In this document: one piece after another, positions 37,793-47,800 of the stretch
How positions within the stretch are numbered: the stretch's first letter is position 1
Layout: every line of letters starts with the position of its first letter
Source of the DNA: Cytophagales bacterium
GTDB taxonomy: Bacteria; Bacteroidota; Bacteroidia; Cytophagales; JAHDFW01
DNA: 64,000 bases
Direction: 5' to 3'
Assembly (NCBI GenBank): GCA_020627945.1
Contig: JAHDFW010000003.1
Span: 7,599-71,598 of the forward strand
Position numbers and translations under genes: made by a program
The notes under the pieces: model-generated
Told to the model about the DNA's origin: nothing
Seen by the model: the letters and a program-made list of their open reading frames with translations, nothing else
Database searches by the model: none

Positions 37793-39280
37793 ATGAAATA
37801 TCAATACGACGCGTATATAAGTTTCTCAGATCGAGATAACATCGAATCCGAAGGATATGAAGGCTGGGTAACCAACTTCAATAAATTCTTAACCTCGGTG
37901 CTTACTCAGTTATTAAATAGAGAACCTAAAATAGTTCTTTCTTCGGAAAGAGAAGCGGCTAAGAAAGAACATGGTTATACAACTGAAGAACTGTTGAAAA
38001 ACACAGGAGCATTTGTTTCGGTTCTTTCAGACAATTACATACAAGACGAAAAATCACTAGATGAATTAGAATTATTTAATAAGCATCACCAGGAAAAAAT
38101 TAGGTTTTTCGAAGAAAGTGAACAACAAGAAGGTACTGGTTTATTTAAAGCCGTGAAAAGCCCTATTGATAGAGCTCAGCAACCCGATGCTATTAAGTCT
38201 CTATTGTCTTTCGATTTTTTTAGGTTTGATTCGGAGCAAAACACATTTGAAGAACTTGTTTCATATTTCGACTCATCAGCAAAGAAAACTTACTGGCTCA
38301 GTTTGGTTGATCTTGCTTACCACATATATTATGTAGTAAGTGATCAAGAAAGAGTTGTAGACTCAGGTCGAACTGTTTACTTGGCCGAAACCACACCTGA
38401 CCAATCACCATATCGTAACATTATAAAGCGTGAATTAGAAAGTCATGGGTTTAAGGTCCTACCAAGTTCCCCGCTTAATGTTAACTCCAATGAAATTGAA
38501 AACGAAATTAAGAATTATCTTAAGCAAAGCTCGTTAGCGATTCACATTATGGGAGAGCAATATGGAAATCACATTGGGGTTTCTGAGTATTCACTTCCTG
38601 AAATTCAAAATATGGTCGCAGCTGAATATTGCGAAGAAAATAATAAAAAAGAGGCGTTCATACCTTTCGAAAGATTGATTTGGATTTCACCAATTCTTAA
38701 TGTGCAAGATGAAAAACAAAAGGTATACCTAAGCCAATTGAAAAAGGATATTGATAGCCTTTCGGACGCCGAAATCGTTCAGACTCCTTTGGCTGTTTTT
38801 AAATCAATCGCATATAATAAGGCTAATCAGGATATAAATAACCTGAAAAGAAAACTGGCCCAAAAAGCAAATAACCAGAAAAAGTCGGTGTATCTGGTAC
38901 ACGGTAAGGAAGATTTACAAGCTGTAGCACCGCTAAAAGATTGGGTAACCAAAAATGGACTAGATCTTATTCCTTCAATTTTTGAAGGAGACCAATTTGA
39001 TCTTGTTCATAAACATCGTAATAACCTAGCCCAATGTGATGGTGTAATCATCTATTACGCTCATTACAATGAACAATGGGTTAGAATTAAACTAAGGGAT
39101 TTAATTAAAGCACCTGGATTTGGTAGAAAGAGTCCATTGGATACAACCGCTATTTACATGGGATTAGAAGATTCTAATGTAAAAGAACTGAGTGTAGACC
39201 AAGGATTGATCGTAATTGAAAATGAAGGTGATTTTAAATCTCATTTGATGGAAGAATTCCTTAACGACTTACTGAACTGA
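37793..39280 (+). CDS. Cytoplasmic protein with an N-terminal TIR-like domain and two further TIR/flavodoxin-like (DUF4062-like) modules
   Basis: 495 aa with no signal peptide or TM segment.
- Module 1: YDAYISFSDRDN ... GAFVSVLSDNYIQDEKSLDELELF, a TIR beta-A / beta-D-alpha pattern with E91 in the position of the conserved TIR glutamate.
- Module 2: TVYLAETTPDQSPYRNIIKRELESHGFKVLP ... LAIHIMG.
- Module 3: SVYLVHGKEDLQAVAPLKDWVTKNGLDLIP ... CDGVIIYYA. Confidence 0.6.
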   Translation: MKYQYDAYISFSDRDNIESEGYEGWVTNFNKFLTSVLTQLLNREPKIVLSSEREAAKKEHGYTTEELLKNTGAFVSVLSDNYIQDEKSLDELELFNKHHQEKIRFFEESEQQEGTGLFKAVKSPIDRAQQPDAIKSLLSFDFFRFDSEQNTFEELVSYFDSSAKKTYWLSLVDLAYHIYYVVSDQERVVDSGRTVYLAETTPDQSPYRNIIKRELESHGFKVLPSSPLNVNSNEIENEIKNYLKQSSLAIHIMGEQYGNHIGVSEYSLPEIQNMVAAEYCEENNKKEAFIPFERLIWISPILNVQDEKQKVYLSQLKKDIDSLSDAEIVQTPLAVFKSIAYNKANQDINNLKRKLAQKANNQKKSVYLVHGKEDLQAVAPLKDWVTKNGLDLIPSIFEGDQFDLVHKHRNNLAQCDGVIIYYAHYNEQWVRIKLRDLIKAPGFGRKSPLDTTAIYMGLEDSNVKELSVDQGLIVIENEGDFKSHLMEEFLNDLLN

Positions 39281-39290
39281 TAACAATACT

Positions 39291-42200
39291 ATGGCTGAAG
39301 CAACTCAAATAAGGCAAAAAAGTCGCAAGCGTGTAAAGTTTAATCCGTTTCCAGGGTTACGCCCATTTACCGTAAATGAAAGTCACTTGTTTTTTGGAAG
39401 AGAAGGACAGAGTGATGAGGTACTTAAAAAGCTTGCTGAAAATAAATTTACTGCTGTAATTGGAGCATCTGGATCTGGTAAATCTTCGCTTATGTACTGT
39501 GGAGTGATACCTACGGTATATGGAGGTTTTATTTCTAAAGCTGGTGATAGTTGGAGAATGGTTGTAACACGACCAGGTAATGCTCCTATTGACAATCTAG
39601 CTAAGGCAATTGTGGAAAGTGAACCAGATCATGAAGGTGGTTCAGAAGAAAAGCTTCGAATTCAACGTACTATGAACTCCGCAATTTTGCGTTCTAGTTC
39701 AAAAGGTTTGGTAGAAGCACTACGTCAAGTAAACCAGAAGCGAAAGCAAAACATATTACTTCTTATAGATCAGTTCGAGGAGTTATTTCGTTTTAAGAAA
39801 AGTGCGGAAAATGTAGATTCTGCCAATGAATCAGCGGAATTTGTTCGCTTATTTTTAGAAGCAGCCAACCAAAGTGAAGTGCCTATTTATGTGGTACTAA
39901 CAATGCGTTCAGATTTTATTGGGGACTGTGCTCAATTCCCTAGTCTTACGGAAAAAATTAATGACAGTCACTACTTGATTCCGCAGATGACCCGTAACGA
40001 TATGCAAAATGCTATTGAAGGGCCTGTCGCAGTAGGTGGTGGTAAAATTTCTCCTCATTTGGTTCAGCAATTGCTCAATGAGGTCGGAGATAACCCAGAT
40101 CAACTTCCCATTCTTCAGCATGCCCTTATGAGAACATGGGATGCTTGGGAAAATTCTATCGAAGATGAAGCCATGATCAATATTGATCATTATGACTCCA
40201 TTGGTAGAATGGAAAAAGCACTTTCCAATCACGCCAACGAAGCATATGACGAACTAAGTGAAGGTGGTAAACGAATTTGCGAAAACCTCTTTAAGACACT
40301 AACTGAAAAAGGTGGTGATAATAGAGGGATTCGTAGACCAACTGCCCTTCTCACCGTTGCGGACATTTGTCATGCACCAATGGACGAGGTGAAAGAAGTA
40401 GTTGAAAAATTTAGAGTTGCTGGAAGATCATTCTTAGCACCATCTTCAAGTGTAAAACTTGAATCTGATACTATAGTCGATATTTCTCACGAAAGTTTGA
40501 TGAGAATTTGGGATCGTCTTATTGTTTGGGTAGATGAGGAAGCAACGGCAGTAAATACATACGTTAGAATTGCCGACGCAGCTGCACTCTATCAAGTCGG
40601 AAAAGCAAGCTTATGGAGACCACCAGATTTGCAGCTTGCACTGAATTGGAAAGAAAAGAAAGAGCCTACCTTAAAATGGGCCGAACGGTATGATCCGTCT
40701 TTTGAAAGAGCAATGGTATTCCTTCAAACCAGTAAGGATACTTATGAAGCTGAAGAAAGGAATAAAATTTTACAACAAAAACGAGCTCTAAAACGCTCCA
40801 GAATTGTTGCAATTGTACTTGGTACAGCCGCAGTAATAGCACTTTTCCTTACACTTTGGGCTTTTATACAACAGCAAAAAGCCGAGGAAAAAGAGAAAGA
40901 AGCTCTTGAAGCAAAAGCTAATGCCGAGGTAAAAGAAAAAGAAGCAAACCTTGCTAAGGAAGACGCTCTTAAGCAAAAAGCTATTGCAGAGGAAAAGGAG
41001 CAAGAAGCTCTTGTACAAAAAGCTTTAGCGGATTCTGCTAAAGTGTTGGCCGAATTATCTGCCGCTGAAGCACTTCGACAAAAAGGGATTGCACTTCAAA
41101 AAGAGAAAGAAGCGAATCGTCAGAAAGTTATTGCTGAGGAAAAAGAGGCGGAAGCACAAAAACAGAAAACCTTAGCGGAGCAAAAGGAGAAAGAGGCAAT
41201 TGCGGCACAGTTAGAAGCGGATAAACTGCGAATGCTTTCGATTTCTAAAGCGATGGCTATTAAATCTGCTCAAATGCGAAGAGATACCACTCGTAAAGCA
41301 TTATTGGCTTACCAATCTTACATATTTAATGATGAATATAAAGGTGAAGAACACAATGCCGATGTTTATGATGGTCTTTATTCAACTCTTAAATCTTTGA
41401 ATCAAGAAGAATACAATAGTCTGGAGGGACATACGGATGCTATTCGTGCTTTGAACTTTTCAAATGAAGGTACTTTGTATTCAACTGGTAGTGATGGTAA
41501 AATTATGGCTTGGGATACGGAGTCATCAACTTCTCCATTTAAAACAGTTTATAGTGATGATAAAATCAAAAGAACTATGGTTGTGAGCCCAGACAACAAA
41601 AGTCTGGCAGTTGGTGATGAAAGTTCAAATATTAAGTTAGTGAACATTGCAAGTGGTGACGCTTCTGAATTAAAAGACCACACTAAAGCAGTTTGGGCAT
41701 TAACTTACGACAAAGAAGGGAACCTATATAGTACCTCTGCAGATTCAACTTTGAGAGTATGGAACAATGGAACTTCTAAAATTCTTACCAACGGTCAGTT
41801 GATTAGAACCGTATCAGTGTATGGAGATAATATCGCTTGTGGACAAATGAACTCCAAATTAACTATTTGGAACAAGAGCAACGGTTCTCTGGTTAAGAGT
41901 TTAGACGAGGCTTCACCTGTATATTCTGTGGCTTACAGCCCAGATGGGAAATTACTCGCTTGTGGAGATCTTCAAGGTAATATTAAAATTTACGACTCTA
42001 AATCGTATGAGTTAATAACTAGTTTACGTGGACACACTGCAAGGGTACATGAGATTGAGTTTAGCCAAGATGGATCTCAAATGGCAACTGCTAGTTTCGA
42101 CAAAACGGTATTACTTTGGAAAACTGCCGACTTCAACGTGACTCCAATAAGTATGAGAGATCATGAAGGTTGGGTAGTAACAATGGCTTTTAGTCCTGAT

Positions 42201-42407
42201 GGCACTAAACTTATCGCAGGTTGTATTGACAATGTAATTCGAGTTTGGCCTACTGATATTAAGAGTATGGCAGAACAAATTTGCGAAAAACTTAAGAGAA
42301 ACATGACTCAGAAGGAATGGGAAAAATATGTAGCTAAAGATATTCCTTACGAAAAAACATGTGACGCTCTTCCTGTAGGTGAAGGAGTAAAACCAGAAAA
42401 CGAATAA
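39291..42407 (+). CDS. STAND-type P-loop NTPase (nSTAND1-like) - single TM helix - ~120-residue coiled coil - seven WD40 repeats
   Basis: 1038 aa.
- N-terminus FNPFPGLRPFTVNESHLFFGREGQSDEVLKKL.
- Walker A GASGSGKSS (39462-39488) and Walker B-like LLLIDQFEELF.
- TM helix IVAIVLGTAAVIALFLTLWAFI (40803-40868), preceded by KRALKRSR.
- KEKEA-rich heptad region at about 40869-41250.
- Seven GH/WD-type blades at 41424-42251.
- C-terminal tail RNMTQKEWEKYV..PYEKTC, typical of STAND-WD40 proteins. Confidence 0.75.
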   Translation: MAEATQIRQKSRKRVKFNPFPGLRPFTVNESHLFFGREGQSDEVLKKLAENKFTAVIGASGSGKSSLMYCGVIPTVYGGFISKAGDSWRMVVTRPGNAPIDNLAKAIVESEPDHEGGSEEKLRIQRTMNSAILRSSSKGLVEALRQVNQKRKQNILLLIDQFEELFRFKKSAENVDSANESAEFVRLFLEAANQSEVPIYVVLTMRSDFIGDCAQFPSLTEKINDSHYLIPQMTRNDMQNAIEGPVAVGGGKISPHLVQQLLNEVGDNPDQLPILQHALMRTWDAWENSIEDEAMINIDHYDSIGRMEKALSNHANEAYDELSEGGKRICENLFKTLTEKGGDNRGIRRPTALLTVADICHAPMDEVKEVVEKFRVAGRSFLAPSSSVKLESDTIVDISHESLMRIWDRLIVWVDEEATAVNTYVRIADAAALYQVGKASLWRPPDLQLALNWKEKKEPTLKWAERYDPSFERAMVFLQTSKDTYEAEERNKILQQKRALKRSRIVAIVLGTAAVIALFLTLWAFIQQQKAEEKEKEALEAKANAEVKEKEANLAKEDALKQKAIAEEKEQEALVQKALADSAKVLAELSAAEALRQKGIALQKEKEANRQKVIAEEKEAEAQKQKTLAEQKEKEAIAAQLEADKLRMLSISKAMAIKSAQMRRDTTRKALLAYQSYIFNDEYKGEEHNADVYDGLYSTLKSLNQEEYNSLEGHTDAIRALNFSNEGTLYSTGSDGKIMAWDTESSTSPFKTVYSDDKIKRTMVVSPDNKSLAVGDESSNIKLVNIASGDASELKDHTKAVWALTYDKEGNLYSTSADSTLRVWNNGTSKILTNGQLIRTVSVYGDNIACGQMNSKLTIWNKSNGSLVKSLDEASPVYSVAYSPDGKLLACGDLQGNIKIYDSKSYELITSLRGHTARVHEIEFSQDGSQMATASFDKTVLLWKTADFNVTPISMRDHEGWVVTMAFSPDGTKLIAGCIDNVIRVWPTDIKSMAEQICEKLKRNMTQKEWEKYVAKDIPYEKTCDALPVGEGVKPENE

Positions 42408-42489
42408 AGAAATTTTGATCCACAATGTAATGTATTCCAACATGTGTAGAACAATTCGAAATATTAATCCAATTCCATCATTAAAAAGA

Positions 42490-43542
42490 ATGGTAATACT
42501 TGTGTTTTTATGCACAACAGGATTCTTGTTTTCGTTGCAAACTTCAGCTCAAGAAGATTGCTCTGAAAAACTAAAAAATGCAGAAGCTAGTTACGAAGGA
42601 GGAAACATTGAAAATGTTGAATCTATTGTAACAGGGTGTCTAGATAATGGCGGGTTCAGTAAGGCAGAAAGAGAAGAAGCTTATAAACTACTTACTCTTG
42701 TTGGTCTTTTTGAAGATGATTTCCCAAAGGCTGAGTCCAACATGACTAAACTCCTTAACTCAAATCCGGATTTTAAACCTAAACCATCGGACCCTATTGA
42801 GTTAAAGAAATTGTATGATCTATTTAGAATTGACCCGGTATTAACATTTGGACTACGCTTAGGATTAAATAGTAGTTACACTACACTTCTAAGATACTAT
42901 TCCGTTGAAAATTCAACCGATTTAAGTGATGGATTTATTTCTTCTGGATTAGGATTTCAAATTTCTGGAGCATTAAATGTTCGTATTGCTGGAGGTCTTT
43001 ATGCAACGTTAGAGCCTGGCTATACGTCAGTTAACTTTGTAGACCTAGGTACTAGTTTATATGACAGTGCCAACATTGTGGGCTTTACTGAAACTATGAC
43101 CAAAATGGGACTTTCAGGTGGTTTTAGTAATGAATTTAACAGATACAAGTCTATAAAACCTACTTTGGAAGCAGGTGCAGGGATTTTCAGACTTATTAGT
43201 TCGGACACGAAAATTACTCGAGATTATTTAGATGAAAGTGGAAGTGCTAGTGTTCAAGAGTCGGAAATCAACCTAAATGCGAATCGTGCAAACACCATGT
43301 TTAACCTATACTATGGTGCTGAGGTGAAATTCAAAGCAGGAAGTAGAGGAAACATTGTGATTGGAGTAAGACATAATATCGGATTGACCAACATTACCTC
43401 ATCAAGGTACAACGACAATCTAATGTATAGATACTATCATATACTGGATGACATGACTCAAAACTCCATAATGTTCAGAGTTGGGTACTTGCAATCAGTG
43501 TATAGACCAAAAATATTGAAAAGAAAATTAAAGCAACAATAA
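42490..43542 (+). CDS. Outer-membrane beta-barrel protein (OMP_b-brl_2/PorT-like pattern) with an N-terminal TPR-like helical segment
   Basis: Start chosen at MVILVFLCTTGFLFSLQTSAQE, a signal peptide; the track start is a TTG at 42415. Helical region AEREEAYKLLTLVGLFEDDFPKAESNMTKLL. After that come alternating-hydrophobic beta strands, ending in an aromatic-rich C-terminal strand region FRVGYLQSVY. Confidence 0.55.
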   Translation: MVILVFLCTTGFLFSLQTSAQEDCSEKLKNAEASYEGGNIENVESIVTGCLDNGGFSKAEREEAYKLLTLVGLFEDDFPKAESNMTKLLNSNPDFKPKPSDPIELKKLYDLFRIDPVLTFGLRLGLNSSYTTLLRYYSVENSTDLSDGFISSGLGFQISGALNVRIAGGLYATLEPGYTSVNFVDLGTSLYDSANIVGFTETMTKMGLSGGFSNEFNRYKSIKPTLEAGAGIFRLISSDTKITRDYLDESGSASVQESEINLNANRANTMFNLYYGAEVKFKAGSRGNIVIGVRHNIGLTNITSSRYNDNLMYRYYHILDDMTQNSIMFRVGYLQSVYRPKILKRKLKQQ

Positions 43543-44819
43543 TGAAAAAATACTTAGTAATTACAGTATTAGCCATTAGCATTTTTGCATGCCGTGAAAA
43601 AGGTGATCCTTTTGAGCCAGTAAGTTCTAAAAAGTTTGTGAAGTTATATGGAAAATCAAAGGTGGATGTAGCCTATGACCTCTTGCAAACCTCAGATGGA
43701 GGTTACATTATGGCAGGAGGTGTAATGGATTTCTATGGAGCTAAATATACAGGAGACCACCAGTTTTACGTAGTAAAAACAAGCCCATATGGAAACATTG
43801 AATGGGAAGTATCTCTTGGGGATAGTCTAATGAATGATACCGCCAAAGCCATTCATATTACTCCAGAAGGAGATTATATTGTTGCAGGTACTAAATCAAT
43901 TAATGACACAATAAATGGTGTACATAGTAACATGTACGTTGTCAAAATCGACCAAAGTGGCAATATAATATGGGAAAATGATCAAATTGGAAGTGCAGGG
44001 ATTAATGAAACATGTAATGCTTTTACCGCTATTGCCGATGGATATGTGTTGGTTGGAAGTACAGATGCTGCCAGCACTACAGTGGATAGTACAGTTATTG
44101 TCAACCAGTCAGGGACTAAAGATCAGTATTTGATAAGAATTGATTTAGATGGCCAAGTGGTCCCTTTTGGTACTGCACAACATGGAGGTTTTGCTAATGA
44201 TGAGTATGTAGATTGCCTCTTGAGATTTACGGCTGGAGAATATAGAGTGATTCTATTAGGCAGTGGAGTTTCTAATTTTGGAGATGAGGATATTACCATT
44301 ACAACTAAGAAAGTATCGGATTTAGCGGGACCAACGGATTTTGATGTTCCCACTAATGACGAACACAACGATATTCCAGGTAAACTTTACGATGCTGGAG
44401 ATTTCATTATGATGATAGGTACTGATGGACTAGGAGGCTCTTCAGCATCCAAGCTAGTTAACTATCAATTTAATGGTAAAGATTTGATCACTGCAGGGTT
44501 TGATACCATTATTACTTCCAATAATTGGACGAGTACATTTGGTAACTCTGTAGTAAAAGCTTGGGACAACTCAAGTTATATAATGCTAAGTACAGGAGTA
44601 CAAGGCGATAATTCTGGGATTCTCGCAAATATAGTGAGTATCAATGGAGCAGAACTTGATCCATATTTCCAAAATCAGGAATATGGATTAGGTGTAAATG
44701 AAGGTGTTAAAATCATCCGTACTTCAGACTTTGGATATGCTATTTTAGGCAATACCAGGTTTGGAGCTGATCAGAAGTTTCTGTTTATAAAAATGGATGA
44801 ATTTGGAAACATTGAATAA
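43542..44819 (+). CDS. Lipoprotein with repeated beta-propeller-like units
   Basis: Lipobox LAISIFAC. The repeated unit is (S/P/A)DGGYI..G.....(hydrophobic)VVK(I/T)...G.I.WE. The start codon overlaps the upstream stop (TAATG at 43540-43544). Confidence 0.6.
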   Translation: MKKYLVITVLAISIFACREKGDPFEPVSSKKFVKLYGKSKVDVAYDLLQTSDGGYIMAGGVMDFYGAKYTGDHQFYVVKTSPYGNIEWEVSLGDSLMNDTAKAIHITPEGDYIVAGTKSINDTINGVHSNMYVVKIDQSGNIIWENDQIGSAGINETCNAFTAIADGYVLVGSTDAASTTVDSTVIVNQSGTKDQYLIRIDLDGQVVPFGTAQHGGFANDEYVDCLLRFTAGEYRVILLGSGVSNFGDEDITITTKKVSDLAGPTDFDVPTNDEHNDIPGKLYDAGDFIMMIGTDGLGGSSASKLVNYQFNGKDLITAGFDTIITSNNWTSTFGNSVVKAWDNSSYIMLSTGVQGDNSGILANIVSINGAELDPYFQNQEYGLGVNEGVKIIRTSDFGYAILGNTRFGADQKFLFIKMDEFGNIE

Positions 44820-44883
44820 TAACTGGTAGAAGGTATATTCTTTTTACCTAAAATATAATCAACAAGTTGAAAACGTGTCAGTT

Positions 44884-47800
44884 ATGGGGATATTTAGAAA
44901 AATCGTAACGGGTGTAACTATGGCTTTAGCAGCCTTTCAGTTTACTCAAGCTCAAACTTATGCTACCCTACCATATCAAGATGATTTTGAATCAGGTCTT
45001 GGTACAGAGTGGACTACAACTGTTCCAGCATCAGCCAACGTGATTACTACCGGAATGGGTACACCATACGAAGGTTTGAATCATTTATTAATTGATGATG
45101 GAACTGCAGGTGGAACTAACACTAAAATAGCAGCCCTACATGTAAACCTTTCCAATGGTTCAGAATACACATTATCCTTCTTCATGAAGGATTTTGGAGA
45201 TGAAGATGATCTAGTTGACGGTATATACTTTTCAGACTCTGCTTCAAAAGCAGCGATTAAAGTACACTCCTTTACTCCTTCCACAATCACAGACAATGTT
45301 TGGCAAGAGGTAGTTATTGATATTGACGAATTAGCAGCCGCAAATGGTCTTAATTTAACCGATAGCTTTAGAATCGAGTTTCATGAATCTGATGACAGGG
45401 AGTGGAATAATTCTACCCCAGGAGACCCAGATGGTTTCGCATTTGACCTAATGGAAATCTACCCTACACCTACTATGACTTCTGGCTCGATTAGCGGAAC
45501 AGATACAATATGCTTCGACAGTACAGGAACTTCTACTATCACATTGACGGAAGCAAGTCCTTCATTATATGGGGAAGGGAATATAGTTTACGAGTGGCAA
45601 AGCACTTCTAATCTCTTTACCTGGGATTCAGTAACAACTTCTTCTGGCACAGACACAACTTGGCCTGCACCATTAGTTACAACTCTATATAGACGTTGTG
45701 CAATAACCGACCAAGGACAAGGTCCAGCCTGTAGTACTCCAATCTTAATTACCGTAACTCCTGAAGAAAATGCGCAAATACTTGGTTTAGCCGCTTCTTA
45801 TGCAAATACAGATGGTGCTCAAACAATTTTTGGTAGTCCAATAATAGGGCTTTTCACAGGTACAGGAATATTAGATAATGCCGATGGAACTGCGACCCTA
45901 GATGTTTCTTCTGGAGGTTTAGGCAACCGAACTATCACATATACATACACAGATCCATTTGGCTGTCCTTATACTAAAGACAGTGTAACTAATATTATTC
46001 TTGGAAACTCAGTAATCTATAAACCAGCACCTTACACCATGGATTTCGAATCGTTCCCAGGTTGGACTGGTGCCACTGAATGGCGTAGAGATAACACTAA
46101 TCCACGCGTAGAAGTAAATGCTGATGCAACACCTTATGAAGGAGCTGCTTGTTTAATTATGGACGATGATAATACGGGAAGCACAACAGAATTTACGCGT
46201 TCAGCGACTCTTCATGTTGATCTTTCTTTATTCTCCGATTACACACTGGAGTTCTATATGAAAGACTTTCAAGATGAAGACCATCCCGAAGACGGAGTTT
46301 TTATTTCTACTAAAACTAGTGGTGGATTTCAAAAGATTTTTGATTTTGCACCTACAACTAGAGCAGACGGTGCATGGGCAAAATATTCCATTGATCTAGA
46401 TGTAGCTGCAGCTACCGTAGGTACAACTTTGGATGATAGTGTACAGATCATGTTTCAAGAAAAAGATCAATTTAGATTCGATGAAAGTACTACTGATGGT
46501 ATTGCTTTGGATTCAATAGTTATTTTTACTTCCCTTCCATTAACGGCAGGAAGTATTAATGGTAGTGATACCCTTTGTTTCGCAACAACAGATACAGGCT
46601 CTGTCGTAATTACAAACAGTGCTTCTCCAACGAATGGTGAACCACCTTATTCTTATACATGGGAAAGCTCACAAGATTTATTAAGCTGGTCAAACGTTGG
46701 AAGCTCCTCTACACCAGATACAACCATTGATGCTCCTTCGGCAAGCACTTATTACAGAAGATGCGTTAGCACCTCAAGCGAAGGTCCTATTTGTACTTCA
46801 CCGATCTTCATTCGTGTGGAACAAGAACCAACCGTATTCTTAAACATTGTGGATACTGCTCTTTGCGAAAATGAACCTTCTGCTTTAATTACAGGTATTC
46901 CTACCAGTCCAGATGGTACATTTAATTCGTATACGGGATTGACTGACAATAATAATGGTACAGCTTCCTTAGATCCTGTTGTATCTGGCACTGGCTCTTT
47001 CCAAACTATTTATAGTTATACCAATTATTTTGGCTGTACTGCAAGTGATACTATTACCATGGAGGTCCTAGGCACACCTACGGTTTCATTTTCAGGTCTC
47101 TCTGCTACTTCTGCGACAACAGATCCTCCACAAACTTTAACGGGTTCTCCACCTGGAGGAGTATTCGAAGGTTTGGGAGTCTCTGGTAATGCGTTCTATC
47201 CAGCTATTGCTCCTACCGATACGTCCTTTAATATTACATATACTTATTCAGATGCTAACGGATGTACCAATACATCTAGCCCTCAAACAGTCGTTGTTAC
47301 CACTGGTAGTTCAGGAGCTATTTCTTCTAGCTTATTAAACAGTTATTGTGCTGACTTCCCTAATGAAGTGGAATTTAAGGGTACAGCACCTCCTGGTTGG
47401 TCTGCTGTTGGATTTACTTTACGATCAAATGGTGTAGCTTCGACTAACGGATTCACACCTAACGGGCTTGATTCCGCGGTATTTGAGCCTAATTTAGCTG
47501 ATCTTGGTACTACAATTGAAATTGTATTCAAGTATAGCCAAACCTATGACTGTAATCCATTCCCGTGTAACCCTTATAGCTGTAACCCTTATATATGTAA
47601 TCCATACCAATGTAATCCATACCCTTGTATTACAGGTTTTACCCCAATAGGTCTTCCAATATTTGGAACCTGCTACAGTACTTGTTGGAATTTGTGTTTC
47701 AAAACTTGCTATAACACTTGCTATAACACCTGTACCAGATATGATTCTACAGTTGTTACAACTACGGTTTACGATCTTCCAAATGTAAACTTCACAAATC

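Noticed and set aside
42111-42515. 134-aa - strand ORF spanning the junction between the STAND gene and the barrel gene.
   Set aside because: It is antisense to the well-supported WD40 tail, is rich in Phe and Ile as expected from AT-rich antisense sequence, and has no motif.
32586-44819. Reading the TIR/STAND block as a mobile phage-defence island.
   Set aside because: I saw no integrase, transposase, tRNA or direct repeats flanking it. The neighbours are LPS glycosyltransferases and central-metabolism genes. A defence role itself is not excluded, only the mobile-island interpretation.
47551-47733. Whether the short tandem repeats could be a CRISPR array or a non-coding satellite.
   Set aside because: The units are 15 and 12 bp with no spacers. 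They are in frame within a 7.5-kb ORF, and both flanks continue the same protein domain.
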